Part shown: one piece after another, positions 48,932 to 64,000 of the stretch | How the letters are laid out: every line of letters starts with the position of its first letter | How positions within the stretch are numbered: the first letter of the stretch is position 1 | Assembly (NCBI RefSeq): GCF_009914755.1 | Contig: NC_060936.1 | DNA from: the human T2T-CHM13v2.0 reference genome, Homo sapiens | DNA: 64,000 nucleotides | Strand: one strand, 5' to 3' | Translations under genes and position numbers: made by a program | Notes under the pieces: generated by a model | Database searches by the model: none | What the model was told of the DNA's origin: nothing | The model's input: the letters and a program-made list of their open reading frames with translations, nothing else

Positions 48932-48979
48932 GTGTGAAATTCATTAGCCTCATGCGCTGTGTGAAATTCATTAGCTTCA
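48932..48979. repeat. Short direct repeat (17 bp exact, period 27)
   Basis: gtgtgaaattcattagc at 48932 and 48959. Confidence 0.9.
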
Positions 48980-49432
48980 CACACTCTGCCCTCTCTGTAT
49001 TTCTTTCTCCACTCCCCACCCTGTGTTGCCACAGCTGAATGGTGGAGGTACTATTGACTTTTTCTTCTTCATCAACTTTATTGAAGTATAACTTACATAC
49101 AGTAAAATTCGCACGTTGTACGTGTACAGGTCAATAAATTTGGACGAATATACACACCCATGCAACACCACCCCAATCAAGATACTTCTGCTTTTGCAGA
49201 AATCTCCTTGTCTCCCTTCCCTGTAGCCACACCCCACCACCACCCCAACTCAGGCACCCACTGACCTGATTTGTGTCATTCGAGATCACTTTAGTCTGTT
49301 CTAGAATTTCACACGAATAGATTTATACCAGAATTATGGTTTATTTTTCAGCTTTTTGGTATTTGGCTTCTTTTGCTCAGCATAATATCTGTGGGATTTA
49401 TCTAGGTTGTTGCAGGTATCAGTAGTTCATTC

Positions 49433-49657
49433 TTTTTTTTTTTTTTTTTTTTTTGAGACAGGATCTTGCTCTGTCACCCAGGCCATAGTGCATTGGTGCA
49501 GTCATGGCTCACTGCAGCCTCAAAACTCTGGACCTCAAGCGATCCTCTGCTCTCAGCCTTCTGAGCAGCTGGGACTATAGGTGTACGCCACCATGCCTGG
49601 CTAATTTTTATTTCTTTATTATTATTATTATTATTATTTTGAGTTGGAGTCTCGCTC
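49433..49657 (-). mobile_element. AluJ right arm plus a ~20-nt stub of a second Alu, truncated
   Basis: Right arm 49433-49610, (TTA)n, ttttgagttggagtctcgctc, then a jump to L1. Confidence 0.85.
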
Positions 49658-49837
49658 CAACTTAGTTTTTTCTTATGCTAACATTTTACATAACCATAGT
49701 ACAATGATCAACAACAGGAAATTAACATTGTTACAGTATTGTTAATTAATTTACAGACCTTCATCCAATTTCATCAGTTTTTCCCTAATGTCTTTTTCTG
49801 GCCCCAAATTCAATCCAGTATCTCACATTAAATTTAA

Positions 49838-50163
<326 letters not shown>

Positions 50164-50921
50164 GACATTTTTGCAGATACATTTATAAGATGTTCCTCCC
50201 TCAATTTGGGCTTGTCTGATGTTTTTTCATGATTAGAATGTATTTATACAGTTCTGGCAAGAATCTCACATGAGTGGATATTGTATCCTTCTCAGTGCAT
50301 CATATCAAGGAGTGCGTGATGTTGAGATTACTGGTGATATTAACTTTTGATCATTTAATGTAATTTTTGATATGGTTTTGTCTACCATGTGGCTGTTTGA
50401 TTTCCATTCATGCCCCTCCCCACCACACCTTTTTTATGGTGGTGGTTCCAGGGCTAACTACATGCATCCTTAACTTTCAGCGTTTATTTAGAATCAACAT
50501 TGTACCTTTTCCCAGGCCACACGTCACTGATGTAATAAACTTAGTATATTCCGTTTACCTCCCCCCACTTAGCTGATTGTCATATTTTAAAAGATATGTC
50601 TGACAATCTACCAAATGCTTACTTTTGCTTTAGTCTGTTGTCTCTTAGTAAATTATGAAAGGACTGGAAAGTATTTTATATTTACCTGCTTATTTGCCAT
50701 TTCAGGTGCTTGTTATTCTCTTCTGTGGATCCAAGTTTCCAGCCTGATGGGGATTCTATATGTAGCATTTCTGGTAGTGCACATCTGCTGATAACTAATT
50801 ATCTCAACTTTCATTTATCTGAGAACGTCTTTATTTCCTCCTTGTTTTTGAAAGCTATTTTTGCAGGATATAAACTTTCTTTTTTCTTTCAGCACTTTAA
50901 AAGTGTTATTTCAAAACTCTA

Positions 50922-51374
<453 letters not shown>

Positions 51375-51737
51375 TCATCACTAACTGATATCACTGGGGT
51401 TTCAGGAGCTCACAAACCTGAGGACTTTCCTTTGGGACAGATGACTTGTGTATCAAAGCCCCGTCTGACAATTGGCTTGTTGAATCTGAGCACTGGCTAA
51501 GTGAGACACCTACTGGTTAGACCTCAGGGATTTTAGGGATATTCAAATTCCATGGTAATTTGAGTTTATGCCCATAGTATCGTTTCACAATTTTAGAAGT
51601 TTAGGGGGAAGTGAAAGTCCTCCAAAAATAAAAGCAAACTTTTTGGAATGGAAGGAAATATTTATCATTATACGTTGTGACAGCTCTGCTGTCCTCCCAA
51701 AATACTGCATGGTGTGTGTCTTTTAAGGAAATGTGAT

Positions 51738-51933
51738 TAGCAAGACCCCATCTCCACAAGAAAGTTAAAAAAAAATTAACCGGGTGCAGTGGCTCACACA
51801 TGTAATTCCAGCACTTTCAGAGGCTGAGGCAAGAGGATGGCTTGAAGCCAGGAGGTCGAGGCTGCAGGGAGCTATGATTGTGCCACTGCACTCCAGCCTA
51901 CGTGACAGAGCAAGACCATCTTATAAATAAATA
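51738..51933 (+). mobile_element. 5'-truncated AluJ
   Basis: Linker plus right arm. Confidence 0.85.
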
Positions 51934-52019
51934 GAGAAGAATGGAAATTAATTTAGTTTTGTATTTCATGATACCTCATAAAATAATTGGAGCTAATCAG
52001 GAATAATACAAACTTCTAA

Positions 52020-52420
<401 letters not shown>

Positions 52421-55078
52421 CTGGCTGCCCTTTCAATCAGCCAGCAACCTTGGAGTCTATGGGAAGAATTTTGCAAGAGCAGGTAATAAGATGATAATGC
52501 TTTGTGTGTGTGCATGACTCGAGCAAATCGCTTTCTCCTGCCATTTGCCCGCTGGCGTGGCGGTAAGAATGCTTTGAGCTTGGATTTAAGATGAGGTAGA
52601 CAGGTCTTGACTTGAGAAGATGTGGATTTGAGATCCAGTGGTCTGACCTGAGGTTCACACTTGGCTTTTGTGAGTAGCAGTTTCTTTGGGGGCTAATGTG
52701 TGCTCTGCCGTCTCACTGAGGCGCTGTGAGGATCAAACGAAGGGATACGCGTGAGAGTGTCTTGAACGCTGCACCCATTCCCACAAACCTGAAGCGTCAC
52801 GGACATGCTGCTAGGTTTATTTTCCACCGGGTCACCCGCCCTGACTGCCCCTACTGGGACGGGCAGCTGGAGAAGCGGGAGGCCTGAGAGAAGGACAAGG
52901 GAGCGTCCCACTTCGGGACGTTCGCAAGGTCTCCAAACTGATGGGCTGTGTAGCCCCCAGCTTGTTTCTGTCCAGTGCTGTTGACTGAGCATTCTGCCTC
53001 ACATGCAGCTTCCACTGGATGGCTTCCGTGGCCTCAGGAGCTCTATGAATCCCGTGTTCTTAACTTGCTGTCATTTCAGAACTGCGGGGGCTTGTCAGTG
53101 TTTCGGCATGGTGGATCCATTTAATCCTCACGGAGTTTCTCCTTGGCTGTGTCCCTGGGGACAGATTTTCTGTCAGCCACCCTGTATTAAACATGCATAC
53201 AGACCTCAGGTTCAGGATGTAGGAGGGTACGTGAGGTGAAGTGAATTAAACGAATTCCTGTGGAGAGCTGTTTGCCCTCCAACGTACTCTGCACTTTCTT
53301 CAGAGGCGATCTTTCTTCAGGGGAGAAAGAAAAGCCCTTTTTAGGACAGATAACTGGGCAATGTGGCTCACACCCATGCCACAGCTTAGTGTGTAAGATT
53401 GAGCTTGTACTGTGTTTGCTTGTTACAGCAGAAGTCAAATCGGTCTCCTGAAATGCAGCTGGTGCCGCTCAGCAATGCATCGCCTTGTCAGGGTCCTGCA
53501 GCAACGGTGCTTACCTGTTACAGTCGTGATGGAAGCTTTTGTTTCCACAAACCAGTAAATTCTCCAGTCTCCCTCACAGAGACCCTGAACACTGCGGTGG
53601 AGAGGAGACTCGGGTGTCCGACACTGGATCTGAGCCTCTGCCGTCCGCCCTCTGTCCTCTGGTGCACCTTGCTTTAAGCATCCATGTGGTTAACTCCTTG
53701 GCGGTCACACCGATGTGGTTTTACCGTGAGGGTGTTCATGCGTGGGGGGCTGAAGACTCATGTCCTTCTGTTCATGTTGGTGCTGCAGAGCTGGCTGAGG
53801 CACCACGGGTGGGGATGTGAGGAGGCCGTGCAGCCCAGGGGTGGCTCGTGAGTTTAAGGCTTCCCAGGTGTGCTTGCTGCTAGCAATGAGGGGCCACCCA
53901 CTGGGGTGACTGTTAGCCACCTCTATCCAGGGTACTGCAGTCATTCTTCTTTCCACTTCCTTTTACCTTTTTGTCTATCCTCTTCAATGTGGCAGGCACA
54001 AAGTTAGCTACTAAAAATGCAAAAGGTGCCGTAAGAAGAAGGGCGCTTTTGGTAGAGAGGATTTAATCCAAGAAAGATTTTCTTACTCTTTATTCTGTGG
54101 CAAGATTCTAAAACATGACTGAGGCACGGTCTTTGCCTTTCAGGAGTTTATATTCTAAGAGGAAAGTTTAAAATTACACACAGTACTATATTACAAGGCA
54201 GAACCATTTTGGAACTCTAAGACCCTGGGAAAGTTGCTGAACTTCTCTGAGTTTCAACTTCCTCATCCTTAAAGGGGCCATGAAAATTCACCTCAAAGCA
54301 TTATTATGAAGTTGCTTAAGATGGAATAAGAATGTTTTTCTTTCAACTGATGTGTATCGTCTTTTCAGATGGCCACTATGTTATTGGGACATAAGTACTT
54401 ATTAAGTTGTTTGTATTTCACTGCTTAATAAATGAGACTACTAGGTATTTCTTTTGGCCTAGAGACTATGTGAAAGTTACCACAATGCTAAAGACAACAT
54501 GAACCAAGTTCATTGACTGTAAGATGCCTTTAGTCTATACTTTACTTTTATTTTCTATATCACGAAGAAAGAATAACAGTGCCAATTCCCTATAAATTAA
54601 TGCCTTTAAGAGAGTACTTTCAAACATGTGAGTTAGCCATGCCAGCCTCTCCTGGTCTGCACTTTCTTTCGTCTGTGCTGGAGGACTTGTCCATTTCTCT
54701 TGCCTCCAGACATATTGTTTGGCCTGTGATATGGTTTGGCTCTGCATCCCCACCCATAACTCACACTGAATTGTAATTCCCAATGTTGGAGGTGGGACCT
54801 GGTGGGAGGTGATTAGATCAATAGGGGTGGTTTCTAATGGTTTGGCACCATCCCTCTAGTGCTGTCTCGTGATAGAGTTCTCACAAGATCTGATTGTTTG
54901 GAAGTGCGTGTCACCTCTCCACCCCCTCTCCTGCTTGCCATGTGAAGATGTGCTCGCTTCCCCTTTGCCTTCTGCCATGATTGTAAGTTTCCTGAGGCCT
55001 TCCCAGAAGCATAAGCCTGTACAGCCCGCAGAACTGTGAGCCAGTTAAACCTCTTTTCTTTATAAATTACCCAGTCTC

Positions 55079-55393
55079 AGCCGGGCATGGTGGCTCACGC
55101 CTGTAATCCCAGCACTTTGAGAGGCTGAGGTGGGCGGATCACGAGGTCAGGAGATTGAGACCATCCTGCCTAACATGGTGAAACCCCATCTCTACTAAAA
55201 ATACAAAAAATTAGCCAGGCATGGTGTGGGTGCCTGTAGTCCCAGCTACTCGGGAGGCTGAGGCAGGAGAATGGCGTGAACCCAGGAGGCGGAGCTTGCG
55301 TGAGCGGAGATCACACCACTGCATCCAGCCTGGGTGACACAGCAAGACTCCGTCTCAAAAAATAATAATAAAAATTTAAAAATAAATAAATAA
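55079..55393 (+). mobile_element. AluY inside the MST 5' LTR
   Basis: 17-bp TSD ataaattacccagtctc (55062-55078 and 55394-55410). Confidence 0.95.
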
Positions 55394-55935
55394 ATAAATT
55401 ACCCAGTCTCAGGTGTATCTTTATACCAGTGTGAGAACAGACTAATACAGAAAATTGGTACCAGGAATGGGGTATTGCTATAAAGTTACCTGAAAATGTG
55501 GAAGCAACTTTGGAACTGGGTAACGGGGTAACGGGTAGAGGCTGGAATAGTTTGGAGGGCTCAGAAGAAGATAGGAAGATGAGGGAAAGTTTGGAACTTC
55601 CTAGAGACTTGTTGAATGGTTGTGACCAAAATGCTGATAGTGATATGGACAGTGAAGTCCAGGCTGAGGTGGTCTCAGATGGAGATTAGGAATTCATTGG
55701 GCACTGGAGTAAAGGTCACTCTTGCTACGCTTTAGCAAAGAGACTGGCAGCATTGTGCCCCTTCTCTGGGGATCTGCAGAACTTTGAACTTGAGAGAGAT
55801 GATTTAGGGTATCTGGCAGAAGAAATTTCTAAGCAGCGAAGCATTCAAGATGTGACCTGGCTTCTACCAGCATATGCTCTTATTCATGAGCAAAGACATT
55901 ATCTGAAACTGGAGCTTAAATTTAAAAGGGAAGCA

Positions 55936-56388
<453 letters not shown>

Positions 56389-59300
56389 TCACAGACCTGG
56401 AGGCCTAGGAGGAAAAAAATGGCTTCACGGACCAGACCCAGGGCCTTGCTGCTCTGTGCAGCCTGAGGACATGGCACCCTGCATTGTGGCTGCTCCAGCT
56501 CCAGCTGTGGCTCAAAGGGCCCCAGATATGTCTCAGGCTGCTGCTCCAGAGGGTGCAAGCCACAAGCCTTGGCAGCTTCTATGTGGTGTTAGGCCTGCAG
56601 GTGTGGAAAGGGCAAGAGTTGAGGCTTGGGAGTCTCAGCTTAGATTTCAGAGGATGTATGGAAACACCTGGATGTCCAGGCAGAAGTCTGCTGCAGGGGC
56701 AGTGCCCTCATGGAGAACCTCTACTGAGGCAGTGTGATGGGAAAATGCGGGGTTGGAGACCCCACACAGAGTCCCCACTGGGTACTGCCTAGTAGAGCTC
56801 TGAGGGGAGAGCCACCATCCTCCAGACCCCAGAATGGTAGATCCATTGACAGCTTGTACTGTGTGCCTGGAAAAGCTGCAGGTACTCAACACCAGCCCAT
56901 GAAAGCAGCCATGGGGGCTGTACCCTGCAGAGTGTTACAAGGGTAGAGCTGCCCAAGGCCTTGGGAGCCCACTGCTTGCATCAATGTGGCCTGGATGTGA
57001 GACATGGAGTCAAAGGAGATTATTTTGGAGCTTTAAGATTTAATGACTGACCTACTGGGTTTCAGACTTCCGTGGGGCCCATAGCCCCTTTGTTTTGGCC
57101 AGTTTCTCCCTTTTGGAATGTGAGCATTTACCCAATGCCTGTACCCCCATTGTATCTTGGAAGTAACTAACTTGCTTTTGATTTTACAGGCTCATAGGTG
57201 AAAGGGACTTGCCTTGTCTTGGTTGAGACTCTGGACTTGCACTTTTGAGTTAATGCTGGAATGACTTTGGGGGACTGTTAGTCATGATTGCGTTTTAGAA
57301 TGTGAAAATGACGTGAGATTTGGGAGGGGCCAGGGACAGAATTATATGGTTTGGCTCTGTGTCCCCACCAAAATCTCACATTGAATAGTAATTCCCAATG
57401 TTGGAGGTGGTTCCTGGTGTGAGGTGATTGGATCAATGAGGGTGGTTTCTCATGGTTTGGCACCATCCCCCTAGTGCTGTCTTGTGATAGAGTTCTCTTG
57501 AGATCTGGTTATTTGAAAGTGTGTAGCACCTTCCTCTTCCCCCACTCTCCTGCTGGCCATGTGAAGATGAGCCTTCTTCCTCTTCACCTTCCGCCATGAT
57601 TGTAGGTTTCCTGAGGCCTTCCCAGAAGCAGAAGCCTGGGCAGCCCGCAGAACCATGAGCCACAGCCTGTGATAAGCAGATCTTGGTGAGAGGTAACCAG
57701 GCTTCTCTACCCATGGGTATCCTCCTTTCTTATGTCTCAAGAAGCTTTTTGTTGCTGATTTGAAGTGAAATAATGGAATTTTGGTCACTTCTTCAATCAA
57801 AACATTTGATTCAGTAATGTAAAATGTAGATTCATGCCTTTCTGTGTACAGTTGAAACTGTGTTTCAATGCTGAATCGTGCTGTCATCTTTTTGGTGACA
57901 TGGCAGTTAAACTCAGCGTGTATATACCACCAAAGCACATTACTCAGTTGGAGTGACAAGAACAGGACAACTAGGACGAAGTTCTGCCATTTGGAGACTG
58001 TAACAACTGTATCGTGACTGTGGTTTGGCTGCCAGCATTGAGATTCCTATTTGGATTTTGGAGTCATTAGCTGGGATGAGATGTGTGCTTGTGTCATCTT
58101 GAATGCCCACTTTAGCTGACTGGTGGTGGCCTCCCAGGACCGTACACTTCGTTTGAGAGGATTGTGAGACCATCCATGGGAAAGAGCTCCATTGCCTCAT
58201 CACTCATGTCCTCCAGTTGGTCTCCAGGTGAGGAAGAGGTGGGGCATGTGTGTGAGGATGAGGATTTGCCCTCCCAGCCTTAGAGAACATTCAGAAGGCC
58301 ACTGTAATTGAGGTCAGGGCGGTGCAGTGAGACGGCAGAGTGTCACGGATGTAAAAGATTATTGCAGAGGAAGATGTAAGACTTGTCACTGAATTAGACC
58401 TGGGAGGTGACTGTGGCTTTGAGTCTGGCTGACTGGCAGCACATAGCTGTAGCAGTTGTGTAAACAACTAAGTTAGGGGCTGGATGGAGGGGAGGGTGGA
58501 TGGAGCCATTTTTGGACCTGCTGACTTTGAGGTGGCTAGTCTATCCAAGCAGTTATAAATGTGGCACTGGAACTTCTTTCAAGAAGTTTGGCAAAGAATA
58601 GAAATTGGGCAGTAATTGGAGGGAGCAGCAGTGTCAAAGGAAACATGGAGACAGGTTGGCAAGGGCCTAAGATGTGCGAGAGAGGAGGGTGATTCATGGG
58701 GCAAGATCCCAGCAGTTGCAAGAGGGGAAGGGATTGAGAGTAAGGTGACAGAGTTAGCCTGGAATTACTCATGCTATGTGGGTAGATGACAGGTAGCCAG
58801 CCCCTTGCTCTTCATGTAGGCTGAGGTGCTCATTAGCCCTTCCATTCTCCGTCCTTTTCACCCCCCAGTTGTCTGGTCCCTCTCTCCTTGCATCTGAGTG
58901 TGCTTTCCTGCTAGGCCATCCTGGCTTGCACATCGTGCTCTGCCATGGTTCCTCCTCTCCATTCCAGTGTCCCCCAAGGGAACGGTTTCCTCTGCCGTGA
59001 AGCAGAGGCCATTCTCCTTACGGCCTCCTGATCCCTGTCTCAGCCTTTCTCGGTGCCCAAAGAATTTCTGTGAAGCTGTCTCATGCTTTCCAAACTTTCT
59101 TAACTTAACTAGATCCTTTTCTTCTTCCAATCAGAATCTTTCAACCAGTCTGCCTTCCTCTCAGGCCTTTTCTTTCTCCTGCTTTCTGTGTTCTTCTCCC
59201 ATTCGTGGCCCTCCGGCCCCCTGTGGACCCTTCGTCATCATCACATCCCTTCGTAAAGTCATGCCCATTTCCAGTTTTGAGGACTTCTCGGAATAAATGT

Positions 59301-59419
59301 TAGTATATCTAAAACTCAATTATGTTTTGGTTACTCACGTTCCAGCCCAGTGACTTATACTCAAGCCATAAAGCAGTGGATTTTAATGGCTGAAAGGTCA
59401 GCTGGAAATCATCTAATCC

Positions 59420-59630
59420 TGCGCTTCCCAACATCTGTTCTTCCTGAGAGGTTAATAGGCACTTGGAGGAAAAAAAGGTTGTGTGATCAAGTAAGTTTGA
59501 GAAATGCTGGTTTCCACCAAATTAAACACATTTTTTTAAAACCACAGAGGTTTAATGTGTTCATATGCCGTGTGACTCCCTCAGGAGCAGGAGGGAGTGT
59601 ATCCCATGCTTATTTGTGGAACCCTTCGTC
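59420..59630. mobile_element. Ancient hAT-Charlie element (MER112-like)
   Basis: gatcaagtaagtttgagaaatgctgg; tttaatgtgttcatatgccgtgtgactccc. Confidence 0.55.
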
Positions 59631-60322
59631 AGAGGGCACCATCGATCTGTCCTCTGCCACGTTTAGTGGACGAGCACACTCGCACACCCTGAGCGTCTGA
59701 TGTCAGTCACTGAGGTTGCTCATCTTAGATAGGCTCTGGGGACTGTTTTGTAGCTCCAGCAGGAGCCATTGTGACAGTGCCAGTTGCTGTGATGTTTGTG
59801 AATCTTTAACCATGCGTTTAGCAAAAGTTTTGGCTCTGCTGTGAACTGGTGCCAAGGGAAAACTGCTCTGAACTTTCCCAAATGAAAAATAAGAATTAGA
59901 CAGGCAATCTGGTGAGACCATAGCCAGTGACACGCCTTTTACTAAGGAACACCGAGCAGCGCACTGTGGCCCCAGGAGGAAGCTGGACTCTCACTCCTGA
60001 GCCGGGAGTTCCAAGCCCTTCCGATTCAATTCCATTTCCCACATCTCTCCTGGATGAGCCCGGCATCACGGCCGGTCAGAGCCGCCTGCTGTTTTCCTGA
60101 GCATGACGTCCGAAGAGCCACACTTGTGGTCCTCGTGATGCCTTGCTGCTGTTGGCAGTGCCCTTTTGCAGCTACAAGCCTGGGGGACGACCACGTTTAC
60201 TCAAGATTCACACCTCCCAGCCTCTCCAAGCAGGCTGCTTTCTCCTCAGAGCTCCCAAAGACACCTCTACACAAAAATTCCGATTTAAAACCTAGTGCGT
60301 TCCTTTAACTATTTGGTTTTAG

Positions 60323-60452
60323 TTTGTCCTCCTCAGTGGACCCCCATCTTTGAGGGCAGAAACCCCCTTCCATACACCACTGTGCCCGTGGCCCTGCCCT
60401 CATGAAGGGCTCGGCCCGGAGCAGGTGTGGGCAAATTTTGTGCGATGAATGA
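60323..60452 (+). mobile_element. L2 3' end fragment
   Basis: tttgagggcagaaacc...aaattttgtgcgatgaatga. Confidence 0.5.
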
Positions 60453-61305
60453 GTCCTCCCTGGTGAGGCTGACTGGCCAGCAGATGCTGCAGGAGAGCTA
60501 CCCATGTGGGAGGTTCCTGGAAGCCTTTCAGAGACAAATGGCATTTGAGAAGGACTTGGAGGAAACCCCTGAACTGGCAAGCGAGAGAGGGAAAAACCCT
60601 TCCAGGTGAAGGTCGAGTGGAAAGGTAGATAGAGGTGTGGCAGGGAATAAAGGAACAGAGATGGTAGGAGAGATTCCATCCTGGGCAGAGCAGAGAAGCC
60701 AGGTGGGGCAGAGGAGCGAAGGAGACCAGCGATCGGGCAGAAGAAAGAGTGGAAGGAAGGTCTTGAAGGAGAAGTGCCAGGAGGTGGACAGGGCCATGCA
60801 GCTGCAGGGGCACAGTTCCCATACGACCTCCAGCTGCCCAGTGGTTTTCTGGCAGTCCCTCAGCCAGATGTTTGTATAGTACCCAGGCCAGGTGCTGCCT
60901 GGCTCTCAAACATTTGAATAACTGAAACCATCTCAGAGGAGGTTGTATTTTTAGCCAGGGGCTGTGGTAGGCAATAGTTCCAGTCGTCCTGGCTACTAGA
61001 GTGGCAGGGAGGCTCTGGTGTCTGAGTAGGCGTTGGATTCTCATTCTGACTTGCCTCTGACAGGCTGAGATGCTGGGAAAGCCCCTCGATCCTTCCAGAT
61101 CACCTGCCTGAGTGGTGGGGGGGCAGGGGTTGCAGTCTGAGTTTGGTCTCTTTCTGAGGGGGCAATGGTAGAAGTTTCCCCTATGTGGCAATGGGAGGGA
61201 AGGGGCCGGTTGGGAGAATCCTTATTTCTCCTTGATGATGGGCATTGGTTCTTAACCCACGGGAACAATTTATCAGCTTCATTGATCCCTAATGGTTCAG
61301 GGTAA

Positions 61306-61747
<442 letters not shown>

Positions 61748-62032
61748 TGAGCAGAAGAAGCTTTATGCTCCAACAGGGACTCACGGACAAAGACCAGTTT
61801 TTTCAATTATCAGATAGGTTCACAAACATTATTGTTTTTTAAAAATTTATGGTAAAATGTACTTAACAAAATTTTCCATTTCAACCATTTTTAAGTGTAC
61901 AGTTCTGTGGCATTGGGCACATTCACACTGCTGTGTAATCATCACCACGTCCATCTCCAAAACTTTTCCATCTTCCCCAACTGAAATTCTGTTCAGAATT
62001 AACACTATTGTTTAATTAACATAAAACAATAA

Positions 62033-62410
<378 letters not shown>

Positions 62411-62466
62411 TACTTTCTATCTATGAGTTTATCTATTATAAATACCTCTTAGAAGTGGAATTATAA

Positions 62467-62821
<355 letters not shown>

Positions 62822-62949
62822 CATGGATGAAACTTAGCAATATTTCATCCATGTCGTAGCATGCATCAGAATTTCCTTCCTTTTTTAAGGCTGAATAATA
62901 TTCCATTGCATGTGTATACAACATTTTGTTTATCCCCCAATAGAATATT

Positions 62950-63665
62950 ACTTTTTTATTTTTTAACTTCAATTTTTATTTGTAGTTGACAAATAACAAT
63001 TGTAAATTTACAGGGTACAATGTGATGTTTCGATATATGTATACCTTGTGGAATGATTATATCAAGCTGACACATCTATCACCTCACATACTTATCCTTT
63101 TTTGTAGTGAGTGCATTTAAAATCTATTGTTTTAGCAATTTTGAGATATATAATACATTATTATTAACTGTGGTTGCCATGCTGGGTAATAGATCTTGAA
63201 GAATTATTCCTCCTGTCTAACTGGAACTTTCTACCCTTTGGTCAACATCTGTGCATTCCCCACCCCTCACCCCCAGTATCTGGTAACCACCATTCTACAC
63301 TGTAATTCTATAAGTTTGACTTTTTAAGATACCACACATAAGTGATATTATATGGTATTTATCTCTCTTGCCTGGCTTATTTCACTCAGCATAGTATCCT
63401 CCAGGTTCATTCATGTTGTCAGAAATGACAGGATTTCCTCCTTTTTAAAGGCTGTTAGTAATCCATTGTATATATGCCACATTTTCTTTATCCATTCATC
63501 CATTGATGGACACTTAGGTTGATTCCATATCTTGGTTATTATGAATAATGCTGAAATGAACATGGGAGTGCAGATACCTAGTCAACATACTGATTCCAAT
63601 GATTTTGGATCTATATCCATAAGTGGGATCACTAGATCATATGGTAATTCCATTTTTAGGCTTTA
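62950..63665 (-). mobile_element. L1MA-like 3' end, antisense (similar subfamily to 17170-18055)
   Basis: ttgacaaataacaattgt; cctgtctaactggaac; ctagatcatatggtaattccatttt. Confidence 0.88.
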
Positions 63666-63674
63666 AAAAATTTA

Positions 63675-64000
63675 TGAACAACAGAAATTCATTTCTCAGT
63701 TCTGGAGGCTGGGAAGTTCAAAAGACAGGCACCAGCAGGTTTGGCCTCTGGTGACGGCTTGTTCTCCACTTCCAAGATGGTGCCTTCTTGCTGTGTCCTC
63801 ACATGGCAGAAGGGGTGGAAGAGGGAAGGAGCAAGAGCACTCCTCTCAGCCATTCTTATAAGGGGCTGAATCACTTCCCAAAAGGCTCTACCTCTTAGTA
63901 CTATCACCTTGGGGGTTAAGCTCCAACATATTAATTTGGGGGGTATAGACATACATTCAGACCATAGCATTCCAGCCGTGGCCCCCTTAAACTCATGTCC
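63675..64000 (-). mobile_element. MaLR LTR (MSTC/D or MLT1A-like) ending at 63969, with adjacent PPT/internal sequence running off the window
   Basis: cagttctggaggctgggaagttc...gctgtgtcctcacatggcagaagg...acattcagaccatagca, then ttccagccgtggccccc. Confidence 0.85.

Noticed and set aside
60400-61191. 263-aa minus-strand ORF
   Set aside because: It has a TTG start, no recognisable domain and no promoter or splice support, and it ends in an L2 fragment. Probably chance; PhyloCSF or Ribo-seq could overturn this.

Overview
Primate, very likely human, euchromatic genomic DNA: about 40 Alu elements or fragments, plus L1, L2, MIR, MaLR LTRs and MER DNA transposons. Layout: (i) 1 to ~2.2 kb looks like the terminal exon/3'UTR of a + strand gene that starts before the window, with poly(A) signals at 1114 and 2173. 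(ii) ~2.2-36 kb is a repeat-rich intergenic interval with hints of a divergent minus-strand non-coding transcript. (iii) 36.2-38.0 kb is a strong CpG-island promoter with a + strand first exon ending in ATG-CAG|gtaagc (37287-37292). (iv) 37.3-64 kb is probably the first intron of that gene and contains a near-complete MST (MaLR) provirus. I cannot assign gene symbols from the sequence alone. Almost all ORFs in the supplied track are artefacts of Alu, L1, LTR or GC-rich sequence; the only recognisable protein homology is a decayed L1 ORF2 endonuclease. I see no evidence of a new biological system, and no CRISPR array, tRNA or rRNA. The most interesting items are the two-codon first exon with a candidate in-frame 33-nt micro-exon, a fused inverted-Alu junction, apparent loss of both MST LTR poly(A) signals, and several nested or deleted transposon structures. 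Repeat subfamily calls come from my recall of consensus sequences and need RepeatMasker/Dfam confirmation.
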